Positions 12,151 to 24,910 of a stretch of 64,000 nucleotides of DNA are shown here, in pieces. The stretch covers positions 124,001-188,000 of the forward strand of contig MU008221.1 in NCBI GenBank assembly GCA_010909165.1. Direction: 5' to 3'. This DNA is from Anthoceros angustus (taxonomy: Eukaryota; Plantae; Anthocerotophyta). The position numbers were made by a program, and so were the translations under genes. The notes under the pieces are model-generated. The model made no database searches, was not told the origin of the DNA, and saw only the letters and a program-made list of their open reading frames with translations. Each line of letters begins with the position of its first letter. The stretch's first letter is position 1.

Positions 12151-12920
12151 GTTAGGGTGGAAGAAAGGTGGGAACGTGTCATGTGTACATGCTTTGGTCG
12201 TGTTTTCAGTGCTGAGGGTAAGGCTTCGTGATTTTATTTCTATGTGGATGCAGGAGATGTTGCCTGTGCCACACAACACTGTTGAGTATACTGGCCACAG
12301 CGATAATGTTTTGAGAAATGCTTGGCTTCAGTCTGGGCGAGTGGAAGATGCCTTAAGGCCTGATGCCAGATAGCTTAGAGGAGATAGGGTTTCTTTTCAC
12401 ATCGGAGGTATTTGCACATACATGCGTGCTGTCTGCAACTTTCCTATCTATGGCTTTGCCAAAGTGCAGTTCTGTGCTTTCAGAAATTTGAACACCATTT
12501 GATTGTCTATTTAGCTATGTCCACACGGTGTAGTATTCAAAAGACCCAATGGGGATGGGAACTTCACACACCAATCTATGGACCAATCACAGGACTGGAT
12601 GCTGCACCTTGTTGTCATTATGCTCACCCCCCATATTTGCTCCAAATTATCACGGTGAATGGAGGGCTGATTCGTGTGCTTCTGTTTGCTTTCATGGGCC
12701 CCCCGTGCCAAGAGGCTACAGAGTCCCCATATGTGGGCATTAATTACTTTGTCCGTTTCAGGATCGACCATTTGAATCCATTTCATGGCCTTAGTCGCCC
12801 TTCCTCCGGAAATCTTACACAAGTCCTCCACCACTGCTGTTGATATTGCAAGCCCTCTCGTTTTCTTCACATTGCCATCGCACATCCTCCATATCCATGG
12901 CATGTGGAGCGCCGTTGGTC

Positions 12921-13395
12921 AATGGCGAACCTAGCGGAGGGAGGTGGAATTGTTAGCCCCGAGCTTGGTGCCACTCTCTTGGCTATAATTGTACAATCGG
13001 AGGTGTTTTCGGTGGCCAAATACTTGCATCGTATGGAAAGGGCACAGCTCGAAGCGGTATTGGTTGAAGATCACGAGATCATGGATGGCCGTCTACAGGC
13101 AAAACCGTTGGAGTCGGAATGGTACCGCTTACTTGGCCGCAAGCAACCCAATTTGCAATCGCATGCGTGAGGACATGGCGGCGGCGGTATGGCTGCCGAG
13201 TCTTCTTTGGATGAGTGGACGCGTGATTCCGTTGTGTGGTGGATTGAGAAGATGAAGGAAGACTTGGAGCGCTTGCTGCCTGCTGCAAGGAAGACTAAGA
13301 GCGCACTGGTAGGAAAATTTGAGGCTACTGGAGGTTGTGCAAGGAATTGGTGGCGTACCCTTTTCTATCGCATTTCTGAGTACATTTTACTGTAG
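12921..13395 (+). CDS. Small orphan ORF (~155 aa, one frameshift), helical / coiled-coil-like
   Basis: MANL...LGATLLAIIVQSEVFSVAKYLHRMERAQLEAVLVED...EWYRLLGRKQPNLQS / SVVWWIEKMKEDLERLLPAARK...WWRTLFYRISEYILL*; the second copy is split by LTR element A. Confidence 0.4.
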
Positions 13396-13552
13396 GTGAC
13401 ACATCTGTTAACGTAGAGCGTGGCTAGGACTTGTATGTGATAAGAACATGGATGAGGCAGCTTGGATCAAGGTTGAGGATTGCGGGTGCTGCTCTGTGCA
13501 TCTGCACACATCTAGTCAACATGCCCAATGAATCATTGTGGAGATCAAGACG

Positions 13553-13628
13553 TTGTCGATAACGAGTTTGTCGATCACGAGTTTGGAGATCACGAGTTTG
13601 GATATCACGAGTATGTCGATCGTGAGTT
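13553..13628. repeat. 15-bp minisatellite (gatcacgagtttgtc) x~5
   Basis: gataacgagtttgtc gatcacgagtttgga gatcacgagtttgga tatcacgagtatgtc gatcgtgagtt; inverted copy at ~20654-20722. Confidence 0.8.
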
Positions 13629-13889
13629 TCTGCACGCGATTGTCAAGCTTCCAAGAGTTTTTTGAGATTTCATGTAGCATACATGTGTGCTACATAACAT
13701 TGTCCAACAACAAACCTTTAACAATATTGTCCAAAAACACGTCCCAAAGGTGGGTTGGCCCATCCACAGACAACAAGAGTGTGTTGTCACAGTCCTGTCA
13801 CCCATATGACGCGCAATTGTATGTAAGGACTAGCACACACGAATAATATCATTGCATGGTTGGAACACCACGAGGCGGATAGTCTAGCA

Positions 13890-14860
13890 ATGATAAACCG
13901 GATGTATCGCTTGGAATCATCTCATAGTAGAGGGCCCGAGCTACCTCGGCCTCTCAAATTTTCTTTTCCCCAAGCTAGGTCGACAGTCCTCTTCCAATGT
14001 TTCCACTTTCAGGGCCTTCAGCGGTAAAATCAACATGCTCGAGTTTGGTTTCTCCACGGGGACCATAAAGGCGCCTCTTGTGATGCCATCCGTGTCATGG
14101 AGAAGGTCCGCTGGAATCTCCAATTTGTCATTTGTTGCGCCTTCTTCTTGGGCGACACAGTGGTATTTGCCCGCCTCCATCCTTCCATTTCAAGGGCCAC
14201 AGGTTGGTTGAGGCTTCCCCGTCTTGTAAGCCTAGTCCCGCATGTGTCCGGATATGTCCACTAGGTCGGCGAGTGCGGGCGTGTCTGACCAACACCAATT
14301 CACGGGACACAGGGGCTTGTACATCCTGCTCCACTTGAGCACCTGGAAGGGCAACAACATTGCCCGAGACAACTGCCTTTCCACCCCCATCCCAAATTGC
14401 TCATGGCTGCCACAGACAACCACTGTGTCACCAAGTGTTAAAGTGGCCTCTTGCAGGATGCTCCTTAGTGGCCTCTTCCGTAGGATGGTCCAGTGGCGTC
14501 TTGGACAATGCGATCCTCAGTTACCTCATGCACAGGATTCTCGTGAGTGACCTCTTGCACATGATGTGGCCTAGCACCCAGCCCAACATGGCATGCTGGA
14601 AAATCAACAAACAAGTTGCCCGGCATGTCTGATGGCAACTGTGGCTCAATGTTTGACTGAACCACCACCACGTCAATTTCCTTCGGCAAATCATCACATT
14701 TGTTGCCATCCTCGATTTCACTAGACTCTCCACTGCAGTCCATGGACTGCACATACCGGGAGTCTCATGGAACCCGTCACCACACCACAAACACCTTGAC
14801 ATGCTCATTCGTCAACCAGCCATCCTCCTCTCGGTTGCAGCCTATGTGCCCCAGGCGTCT
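13890..14860 (-). pseudogene. Transposon-associated second ORF (acidic repeats, basic GRPKKK segment, C-terminal domain resembling the Sola2 tail)
   Basis: VQEVTHENPVHEVTEDRIVQDAT repeats. In the copy at 19430-20393: GRPKKKAPTNDKLEIPADLLHDTDGITIGDVFMVPAEKPNSEHVDFYLLK...GLYY. Confidence 0.5.
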
Positions 14861-15961
14861 CAGGACTTGCCTCCTGCTCTTCTCGCCCACCTAGCACGGA
14901 AGTGCCTTGATCACAAGCATCTTCAAGAACCAGCCCCAAGGATTTCTGGCTTGCAGGGGGCACTGCAAAGTAATGTGAAACGCTACAACCAGTGGTGCGA
15001 ATATCATCCTGGCTCAAATTTGGTGAAGCAGAACCTCTAGCAAGAACAACCTCTGGAGTTTGTAGCACATAAGTTTGCATGTTCCAAAGAACCTTGGTTG
15101 CAGCTTAGTCTCTCCGGATAAGAATTGGTGGCCTCCGGAACGGAAGGTGTTTTGTCCACGTGAGTATCCCCTAGAGTGGGGACTACTGGGGACAGTGGAA
15201 CAAGTCGACTATAAATCCCTACAGGGCATCACAGACTATATCAGCAGGTTTGAACACCGATAAGACCAACCTGTAAACATGCATGCAAAATAACTTACCA
15301 GGAGATTCAAGTCCAGGTTTTGAGGAACTAGATAAGCAGTTAAAATAGGGAATACTTAATGAGGGATATATTAATTAGGAAGTAATTAATTACAAGCGAA
15401 ATGGGATAGGAAAATAGGCAAGAGAAAGGTATTTTAGGATGGTAAATCCGATCTAGGATGTTCAAGTGACCATAACCCAAACGATGTGACTATTCAATAG
15501 ATGACTATTAATTAAACATTAACCCCTCCATGTAAGTGAGTACAGGCGTCCTCCATTCTTAACATATGCACCCATGTGAACGCACACAAAATCGTGGATT
15601 GCGTCTTTGTGATGGGCGGTAAGGAATGAGACAAGAGAGCGCTGTCTGCTCTCGAGAATAAAAGCGCCCCTACACATACATGGGTCGTTCTCCATTCGTG
15701 TTACAAGAAAATCTCACGTATAGCGACGCCTTGACATGCCTACTAGCTTTTGCATCGGCAAGAGCTTCCTGTTCCTTGTTAAAGAGGTTTGTGGGCATTG
15801 CCCCAACCCAATAATTTTAGAAGAATTGACCCCGGACGGTTCTCGAGTTGAATCTATGATATTCTCGGTGGTTTTCTATATATGTGCATAGATGTGTAGT
15901 TCATTTGTAGATAGAGGGGTGTGAGTTTTAATACTTGTTATAGAATTTACTAGTTCGATCC

Positions 15962-17979
15962 ATGGCATTATGGGTGGGCTCGATGATATCTTCCTTTATC
16001 ATATTGACGGTATTATCATTGATTTTGTTTTCAATGATCATCATGACAACGAATTAAAGAGTTCGATCAAGCGGTTTTATCGTCGAGAATATTCCCAAGG
16101 CTATGCATGTTATCAATCGACCATTTGTAAAGTCTTATACATGCATACATGTTGGTTTTGCTCTTGTTTTATCTTGTTTTAAGAATGTAATAAGGGTAAT
16201 GGTAATTATTGATAAGAGTTCATAAACGTCTTCATTTTTCCTTTTGACAATAATTTTTATGACTTTAGAATGATTATTGATTGTGTAAAATTTGAAGATC
16301 AACTCGGTTTCAAGATCCTATTATAAGGGAACATTATAAGGTTAAAAATTCATCTACACGCTTTTATTCAATGTTTGGATTGATGACCTTGATGCATGTA
16401 GATGTCTTAAACCATGTCTCATATTTCCGATTGCCATAATGCTTTGTGAAGGAGGATGCTCTATAAAGGAGATTGGATATGTCTTAACGATATTCTAATG
16501 TTTTCATTGTGATGCTACATACAGAAGAATGGACTTAAGAAAAGTACTTCATTGCTTTCTAAAGGTTTTGAAAATAAGCACCCAAACATGACTATATATC
16601 TGTGTTTCAAAAGAGGTTGGACGTTGTCCTCCGGGATGTGTTCCTATAGCTCGAGTGATACATCCGAGCGAATTGATTTGGAGCGAGCGATCTCTTAAAG
16701 CAGGTCTACCTATTTTAGCAATGGTCGAGTTCTAAAACATTGATGACCGACCTCCATCGATCGTTGGGTAAGTTTTCTAGCTGAGTGTTTGCGTACAAAC
16801 ATATATGTCATGTTGTCTTTTAACTTTCAATCGTTCGAGATGGTAGAAATATTGAATACATTTGCACACATAGATCCATGTATGGATATACATATTATTG
16901 TGGACTAATGTTGATCTTTTAGAAATAAATATAGAATTGACTACCTTGTACCTTTTGACTTTGGGCGCATGCAAGGTTAATGGATTTTAGATCGTTTGAT
17001 GACGGCTTCTCACAAGCCTACGGAATAGCTACAACAATGAATGTTTATCAACCACCAGTGAGATCTTATGATGAAAATGATTTCTCAAATGGACAAATAT
17101 GGGTGCAAAATTATGGAAGCATTCATCAATCAATGGAAGTTGGATGGCACGTAAGTGTTGTAATTTTATCTTGCTTTCATTTGAGATCTATAGTCGATTG
17201 CATTTGTAAATTTTAAGTTGTGGTATTCACGATAGGTGTATCCATATAATGCGATGGTATGGGAAATGAAGATCGACCACATTTTTTATATTTTGGACGG
17301 TGATTTAAATTTTCTATACCTCCTTTATTGAAATTACAATCTTGTACTTTGAATTGTAAGTTTTGTGTTTTTATGTTTTGAAACGTGTTGATGATGACGG
17401 ACTCCTATGAGGATGGATGCTATAATTTAGAATGCCTGAGGTTTATTTTTGTGGGTGAAAGCCCAATGATACCCGTTATCCTTTTCAAACACAAGATCTT
17501 GTGGTGATGTAGGTTTTAGAGTTTCTATTGAAGTGGATGAAGACGGAGATTGGGTATTAGATGTAAATAGCCAAAGCAGTTGGATATTGGCCAAAAGATA
17601 TATTTAGAGATGGTGGATTGTCGAATCTAGTAATTTCTTGTCGTTCGGAGGTGAAGTTGTCCGGACGAGAGGTCGCAAGATATATCAATGCCAATGGAAG
17701 TGGGAATTCAGCTCAAGGATTCAAAATTTTGAGGAGCATATCACGAGATCGTGTGCTTTATAAAGGTGGAACTTTTAACGGTATTATAAATCGCGTCCTT
17801 GTAGACGGGCCAAACGAGGGTGAGGCACAAGATCACATCATTACGATATTGGGTACGAAATGGAGATGATGCAAATGGTGGTGAAACATGGGTGACTTAT
17901 GGAGGTCCCGGTGAAGGGCCATAATTTCATATAACCTTTCCAATGAGCTAGCATTGAACTTAGTCCGTATAGTATGTAG
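15962..17979 (+). CDS. Neprosin-family peptidase, copy 2
   Basis: Same motifs and intron positions as copy 1 (YGIATTMNVYQP, SMEVGWH, GCYNLEC, GYWPKDIF, FGGEV, YGGPG). Confidence 0.85.
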
Positions 17980-18299
17980 TTGGTAGAATGAGATTAGCAT
18001 ATGTAAATGTGAACTCGAAGCAAAATATATGACAATCATAAACTTCCATGATATTGTTCCGTCTAACTTATCACAGTGGATTGAGAAAGGTTTTAGCCGT
18101 GAAGGACAAAGTTAATCACGAGTCTACGATGGAGATGCATGAGCTAACGATCCCTTGGCGGAGGCCGTGTCGGTGTAGAACATTGGCGTAAGCATGAGGG
18201 TAGCTAGCTAGGAAGTCGTTAGCTTGAGAGACTAACTTAAGATTAATTAATTAGAGTCCGCAAAGTCTAGTCAAGAACACGTCGGTTTGAACACGTGTG

Positions 18300-18860
18300 A
18301 CGACCCACGTTCACAAGTTCGCAATCACCTAGAGATTCTCCGTTCCAGGCTTGCGCTCCTCGTGCCCGTCGCCCAAGATCCAAGAGACTCTCCCATTCCG
18401 GGCATGTTCTCTGTTTGCGATCCTAGAGCCCTCACGCGGGGAAACCACCGGGACACAGAACAACTGTCTGCACTTCCACGGCGGTCGGGAGAATTTGTTC
18501 AGGCTATTGGCGCTCCACCGCGGTGATGCAGTCGGTCATGCGTGGACCAAAGGAGGAGAAGTACTAAAACTACGCCACTAACTGCGCCTCGGGCGGATGT
18601 GTGGACGTTACCAAGTGCTTGCTTGGTGCACTCGCTCTCATCCTTTTATTCCAGGCTGCGTCGCTTGGAACGAGCTCGCAGGAGCTGCTTGGATTCTCCT
18701 CCACATTTCGGGTTGGTTTAACTATTGTTGGTGGCAGCTCATGCAGTTGTGTGGAAATCGACAACCCATCAGGATGTGCAACAATCAAGCGAAGATTCTT
18801 CCATCTTCATCATCTGCACTACAACCCACGAGGAACTACATTGGAGAGAAGCCCTACTAA
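18300..18860 (+). pseudogene. PR1: PR-1 / CAP gene, copy 2; start approximate
   Basis: GENLF, EKY*NYATN (TAA 18565-18567), MCGRY, VWKSTTH, ...NYIGEKPY*. Confidence 0.82.
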
Positions 18861-19429
18861 GTTCGATGTCTCGGCATTGGGGTGCATGAGCGATAAGAGA
18901 AGCTTCCATTTTGCTCCGCTCTGCTTGCGTTGTGCACGGGTACTTTGAAAGGACCAGTTGTCATTGGGGTATGTGAGCGGATCCGAGAACCTCCGATATT
19001 GCTCAGTGCCTTCTGCTTTGTTGTGCGCAAGTACTTTCCAACCCATTTTAGGACTTAGATTGTTAGAAGTTAATGATTTATTTTGCTTTCGGAATTGTGA
19101 AAGGTCTTCGTCTGCTAGCCTAATGGTACACAGGGAAAGACCGTGGACAAAACACCTTCCCGTTCCCGGAGGCCACCAATTCTTATCCGGGAGAGACCAA
19201 CTGTGCAACCTTGCTGGAACATGCAAACTTATGTGCTACAAACTCCAGAGGTTGTTCTTGCTAGAGGTTCTGCTTCACCAAATTTGAGCCAGGATGATAT
19301 TCGCACCACTGGTTGTAGCGTTTCACATTACTTTGCGGACCTGCCATAAATCCTTGGGGTTGGTTCTTGTGATCAAGGCACTTCCATGCTAGGTGGGCGA
19401 GAAGAGCGGAGGCAAGTCTGAGGCCGAGG

Positions 19430-20393
19430 GGCACATGAGGGCAACCAGGAGGAGGATGGTTGGCACGAATGAGCATCTTGAAGGGTGTTTGTGGTGTGGT
19501 GGCGGGTTCCATGGTGGAGACTCGGTATGTGTGTCCATGGCTGTGGAGAGTCTAGTAGCTGAAATCGAGGATGGCAACAAGCAGGATGATTTGCAAGGAA
19601 ATTGGCGTGGTGGTGGTTCGATCAAACATTGAGCCCTGATTGCCATCGAGACATGCGGGCAACTTGTTTGTTGATTTTCCAAAGATGCCATGTTGGGTGC
19701 TAGGCCACATCATGTGCAAGAGGTCACTCACGAGAATCACATGCATGAGGTAATGGCAGGGGATCGCATTGTCCAAGACGCCACTCTGGACCATCCTACG
19801 GAAGAGGCCACTAAGGAGCATCCTGTGCAAGAGGCCACTTTAACACTTGGTGACACAGTGGTTGTCTGTGGCGACCATGAGCAATTTGGGATGGGGTGGA
19901 AAGCGGTTGTCTCGGCAATGTTGTTGCCTTCCAGTGCTCAAGTGGAGCGGGATGTACAAGCCCATGTCCGTGGTGGTGTTGGCTACACGCCGCACTGCTG
20001 TGACCTAGTGGACATATCTCGGACACATGATGCACTAGGCTTACAAAGACGGGGAAGCCTCAACCAACTCCAGGGCCCTTGAAACGGAAGGGTGGAGGCA
20101 GGGCCGCACGACCAGGTCGCCCGAAGAAGAAGGCTCCAACAAATGACAAATTGGAGATTCCAGCGGACCTTCTCCATGACACGGATGGCATCACAATAGG
20201 CGACGTCTTTATGGTCCCTGCGGAGAAACCGAACTCCGAGCATGTTGATTTTTACCTGTTGAAGGCCCCGCTGAAAGTGGAAACATTGGAAGAGGCGTGT
20301 CGACCTAGCTTGGGGAAAAGAAAATTTGAGGCCGAGGTAGCTGGCCTCTACTATGAGATGATTCAGCGATACATACATTTTATCGGTTGCTAG
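19430..20393 (+). pseudogene. Inverted copy of the transposon-associated second ORF
   Basis: ORFs 19393-19632, 19690-20082 and 20079-20393 form one frameshifted reading. Confidence 0.5.
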
Positions 20394-23146
20394 ACTATCG
20401 CCTCGTGGTGTTCCAACCATGCACCTTAAGTGACATTATTCGTGTGTGCTAGTCCTTACATAGTGCGTTGTCATATGGGTGAGGAGCGTGTGACAACACT
20501 CTTGTTGTCGTGGATGGGCCAACCCACCTTTGGGACGTGTTTTTGGACAATATTGTTAAAGGTTTAATGTTGGACAATGTTATGTAGCACACATGTATGC
20601 TACATGAAATCTCAAAAAACTCTTGGAAGCTTGACAATCGCGTGTGAAACTCCTGATCGACATACTCGTGATCTCCAAACTTGTGATCGACAAACTCGTG
20701 ATCAACAAACTCGTGATCGACAATGTCTTGATTTCCACAATGATTCATTGGGCATGTTGACTAGATGTGTGCAGATGCACAAAGCAGCACCCGCAATCCT
20801 CAACCTTGATCCAAGTTGCCTCATCCATGTTCTTATCACATACAAGTCCTAGCCGCGCTCTACGTTAACAGATGTGTCACCTACAGTAGAATGTACTCAG
20901 AAATGCGATAGAAAAGGGTATGCCACCAATCCCATGCACAACTGTGGAAGACCACATGTACACTAACCCTCCCCTGGATTGTTGGTTTGAATGTTTTTTT
21001 TGCTTTTCTTATGTTTTGTGTGATGGAGTGCGTAGGAAATGTCCGAGGCAAGGCCTTTTATACTAAAATGGTCCTTGGCCCATGACAATATTACTTTTAC
21101 AAATAATTAGTCCTTGGGCCTCGAACACTGTGAATATCGGCCTAGAAGGTCCTTGGACCTTGGGATTTTAGGAATAAAAATTGTCTATATAAGGTGGGGA
21201 TCCTTCATTCGGAGGGCCCGGAACAAGTGGAGACGCCTGCACCTCCGGAGAAGTTCGAAGCTAGCGAGAGGTATAAGCGGAGAGAGGTGAGGCTAGGGCC
21301 GTGGTCAAGAGAGGCGAGAAGAGAGCAACACCGCATGGGTGAAACACCACCGTTGGGAAGCCACGGTGGTGGAGCCACCACGGTGGTGGAGCCACCACGG
21401 TGGTGGAGCCGGCCATCGTCGCGGAAGAAGGACCCAAGGTGGGGAAGCCACCATCGGGGGCCCAGGAGGGGATGCAACTCCCTCAGTTCGAAGCGCAGCC
21501 CGATTGTCCATGAGCCGGCATACCCTTCACAGTTGTGCTCGAGGAAATGAGCAAGGCGGAGGCTAGAGCATGGATGGAGGCGCACTTTTGGGCTCCCGAT
21601 GATGAGGCGAGGCGTCGCGAGGCGGAAGGCAGGCGCCCTAGGAGGAGTGAAGGGACCTCGGATAGCGGGAGTGAGGTGGAGATATTAAGGGAGGATCTTC
21701 GGATCGAGGCGTGGTAGGAGAGGCGGGAACACCCATGGGCCGGGGCTAGGCGGCACAGTGAGGCGCGCTGATTTTAGAGGGAGCATCATAGGTCGAGGCT
21801 TTCACTTGGATTAGAGGATAAGGTGCTAGGAAGCTTGTGAATTTGTAGATACCGAATTGGTAGGCGCTGTGGTAGGTTAGCCATCTTTAAACCGGAGGTA
21901 GGTTAGCCATCTTTAGACCTTTGGGAAAGTGAGCTATGGTAGCGGCGGATGTATAAGAGACCCTTGAGTGTCTCTCTTAGACAATTTCGGTGTGAGCTCC
22001 GTGTGTCGAATTTGTGCTCGTGGTTGGTTGGAGACATCCGATCGATGATGGGCTGATTCGGTGTCTTGTCCTCTCGTCACAAGAGGGGGAGATCCTGGAT
22101 GGTCGAGAGGAGTGAAGGGACCTCGGATAGCGGGAGTGAGGTGGAGATATTTTTCGGATCGGGCGTGGTAGGAGGCGAGGGAACACCCATGGGCCGGGGC
22201 CAGCTGAGGCAAGCGCTGATTTTAGAGGGAGCATCATAGGTCGAGGCTTTCACTTGGATTAGAGGATAAGGTGCTAGGAAGCTTGTGAATTTGTAGATAC
22301 CGAATTGGTAGGCGCTGTGGTAGGTTAGCCATCTTTAAACCGGAGGTAGGTTAGCCATCTTTAGACCTTGGGAAAGTGAGCTATGGTAGCGGCGGATGTA
22401 TAAGAGACCCTTGAGTGTCTCTCTTAGACAATTTCGGTGTGAGCTCCGTGTGCCAGTGCTGCGTGGTTGGTTGGAGACATCCGATCGATGATGGGCTGAT
22501 TCGGTGTCTTGTCCTCTCGTCACAAGAGGGGGAGATCCTGGATGGTCGAGAGGAGTGAAGGGACCTCGGATAGCGGGAGTGAGGTGGAGATATTTTTCGG
22601 ATCGGGCGTGGTAGGAGGCGAGGGAACACCCATGGGCCGGGGCCAGCTGAGGCAAGCGCTGATTTTAGAGGGAGCATCATAGGTCGAGGCTTTCACTTGG
22701 ATTAGAGGATAAGGTGCTAGGAAGCTTGTGAATTTGTAGATACCGAATTGGTAGGCGCTGTGGTAGGTTAGCCATCTTTAGACACCGGAGGTAGGTTAGC
22801 CATCTTTAGACACCTTGGGAAAGTGAGCTATGGCGCGCGGCGGATGTATAAGAGACCCTTGAGTGTCTCTCTCTTAGACAATTTCGGTGTGAGCTCCGTG
22901 TGAATTTGTGCTCGTGGTTGGTTGGAGACATCCGATCGATGATGGGCTGATTCGGTGTGTCTCCTCGTCACAAGAGGGGAGATCCTGGATGGTCGAGCCG
23001 AGTGACCAAGCTCCTGCAGGGTGACTAGTGGTGAAGGGTGCTCAATGCATGCCGGAGGAAATTCCAGGGACCGGGTGAGATCGCTGGTGCGAATCGCCTG
23101 GAGCCGACCTGTTTTCCTTTCCCAACCCTAACCGGATTGTGTCTAA

Positions 23147-23303
23147 TCCCAAGGAGGGGTGCATGTGGCCCAAGGAGGGTCTGTGTGGCCCAAGGAGGTC
23201 TGTGTGGCCCAAGGAGGTGCATGTGGCCCAAGGAGGGTCTGTGTGGCCCAAGGAGGGTCTGTGGCCCAAGGAGGGTCTGGTGGCCCAAGGAGGTCTGTGG
23301 CTG
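23147..23303. repeat. 17-21 bp tandem array GTGGCCCAAGGAGG(G)TCT(GT) in LTR A (also 24071-24230 and 29104-29275; 2-3 units in LTR B at 44161-44220 and 55057-55108)
   Basis: Directly visible repeats of gtggcccaaggagg. Confidence 0.9.
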
Positions 23304-24566
23304 AGAGGAGGATCTGGGGAACATCTTGTGCGCGGTGGTGTATGAGGTCCTAGAAGAAAGGGGTGAGTGAGTCGTTGTGTGAAGAGGAGTCTAGGAAGTG
23401 GTGAGCGAGAGTCCGGAAAATGCGGAGCGAGGAAAGCGTCGCGGGGGGCGACGGCGCCTCCTAGGAGGAGTGAAGGGACCTCGGATAGCGGGAGTGAGGT
23501 GGAGATATTTTTCGGATCGGGCGTGGTAGGAGGCGAGGGAACACCCATGGGCCGGGGCCAGCTGAGGCAAGCGCTGATTTTAGAGGGAGCATCATAGGTC
23601 GAGGCTTTCACTTGGATTAGAGGATAAGGTGCTAGGAAGCTTGTGAATTTGTAGATACCGAATTGGTAGGCGCTGTGGTAGGTTAGCCATCTTTAGACAC
23701 CGGAGGTAGGTTAGCCATCTTTAGACACCTTGGGAAAGTGAGCTATGGCGCGCGGCGGATGTATAAGAGACCCTTGAGTGTCTCTCTCTTAGACAATTTC
23801 GGTGTGAGCTCCGTGTGAATTTGTGCTCGTGGTTGGTTGGAGACATCCGATCGATGATGGGCTGATTCGGTGTGTCTCCTCGTCACAAGAGGGGAGATCC
23901 TGGATGGTCGAGCCGAGTGACCAAGCTCCGCGTCTGGGGTGACTAGTGGTGAAGGGTGCTCAATGCATGGAGAGGGAAATTCCAGGGACCGGGTGAGATT
24001 GTGCGAATCGCCTGTGGAGCCGACCCTTGTTTTCCTTTCCCAACCCATTTTCTAACCAGTTGTGTCTAATCCCAAGGAGGGTCTGTGTGGCCCAAGGAGG
24101 GTCTGTGGCCCAAGAGAGGTCTGTGGCTGAGGAGTGGTGGCCCAAGGAGGGTCTGTGGCCCAAGGAGGTCTGTGTGGCCCAAGGAGGGTCTGTGGCCCGA
24201 GAGGTCTGTGTGGCCCGAGGAGGGTCTGTGGGAACATCTTGTGCGCGGTGGTGTGAGGTCCTAGAAGAAAGGGGTGAGTGAGTCGTTGTGTGAAGAGGAG
24301 TCTAGGAAGTGGTGGAGCGAGTCGGAAAATGCGGAACGCGAGGAAGGTTGGGAATAAATTGTGGGGTCGAGAGGAAATCGGCGGGGAGGGGTGCCGCGGC
24401 GTCGGCCATGGTGCGCATCCACCGGTGAGCTCGGTGTGAATCCACATGAGTGTGACTTGGTGTACATGTGAACACTGTGTGCATAGGACCATAGCCCTTA
24501 ACAGCGTGGCGGGGAACCGGGCGCCAAATAGTCGATCGCGGCGCGGCGCGCGCCGGTCGGGTGGGT

Positions 24567-24701
24567 CCCACCACGGTGGTGGTCGAACCACGCGGTGGCA
24601 AACCACGCGGTGGCGGAATCCACCACGGCGGTGGCGGAATCCACGGCGGTGGCGGAATCCACCAGCGGTGGCGGAATCCACACGCGAATCCACCACGTGG
24701 T
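24567..24701. repeat. Array of GGTGGCGGAATCCACC(AC) quasi-palindromic units near the LTR A 3' end (also 25449-25560 and 29608-29735)
   Basis: ggtggcggaatccaccacggcggtggcggaatccac... Confidence 0.85.
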
Positions 24702-24894
24702 CGAACTTACCTCGTGGGTCGGACACGGTAGTTGATTATGGCTGGTAGGAGGCGATTGTAGGAGGACTAGAATCCATAGTTTTAGAACATCTTGACACAA
24801 AACCATTCCCTTGGGATCGAATCCTAGGACTATAACGACATAGAGGGTAAATGTGGCCTCTTTGCGTCTTGGATGCAAAACCCATTCCACATTT

Positions 24895-24910
24895 TGGCGC
24901 GTTCGGGAAT
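24895..24910 (+). promoter_or_regulatory. Primer binding site, tRNA-Asp type (duplicate at ~25765-25778)
   Basis: tggcgcgttcgggaat after LTR CA+ttt. The consensus with element B approximates TGGCGCCGTTGCCGGGAAT, complementary to the plant tRNA-Asp 3' end as in Athila. Confidence 0.75.

Larger units (their letters stand above)
2874..15160 (+). repeat. Segmental repeat unit, copy 1 (neprosin + PR-1 + block X in + orientation)
   Basis: Begins atgttcaagtgaccataacccaaacg, as at 15458 and ~34400; collinear near-identity with copies 2 and 3. Confidence 0.9.
20943..24891 (+). repeat. 5' LTR of element A (inflated by internal tandem duplications of ~430 and ~900 bp)
   Basis: tgtggaagaccacatg...aaaacccattccaca; segment aggagtgaagggacctcggatagcggg restarts at ~21643, 22108, 22551 and 23466. 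Confidence 0.9.

Noticed and set aside
12511-12903. 130-aa minus-strand ORF
   Set aside because: No recognisable motif, and the frame is not maintained in the inverted copy
6960-15160. Block X as a TIR-bounded transposon
   Set aside because: Ends share only 3 inverted bases and there is no TSD; identical flanks are expected from any single inversion
23147-24701. LTR tandem arrays as a CRISPR array
   Set aside because: No unique spacers of regular length, no cas genes, and the arrays lie inside plant LTRs
24804-24828. tRNA gene suggested by GGATTCGATCCC on the minus strand
   Set aside because: No cloverleaf or A-box; it is the LTR U5 motif repeated in every LTR
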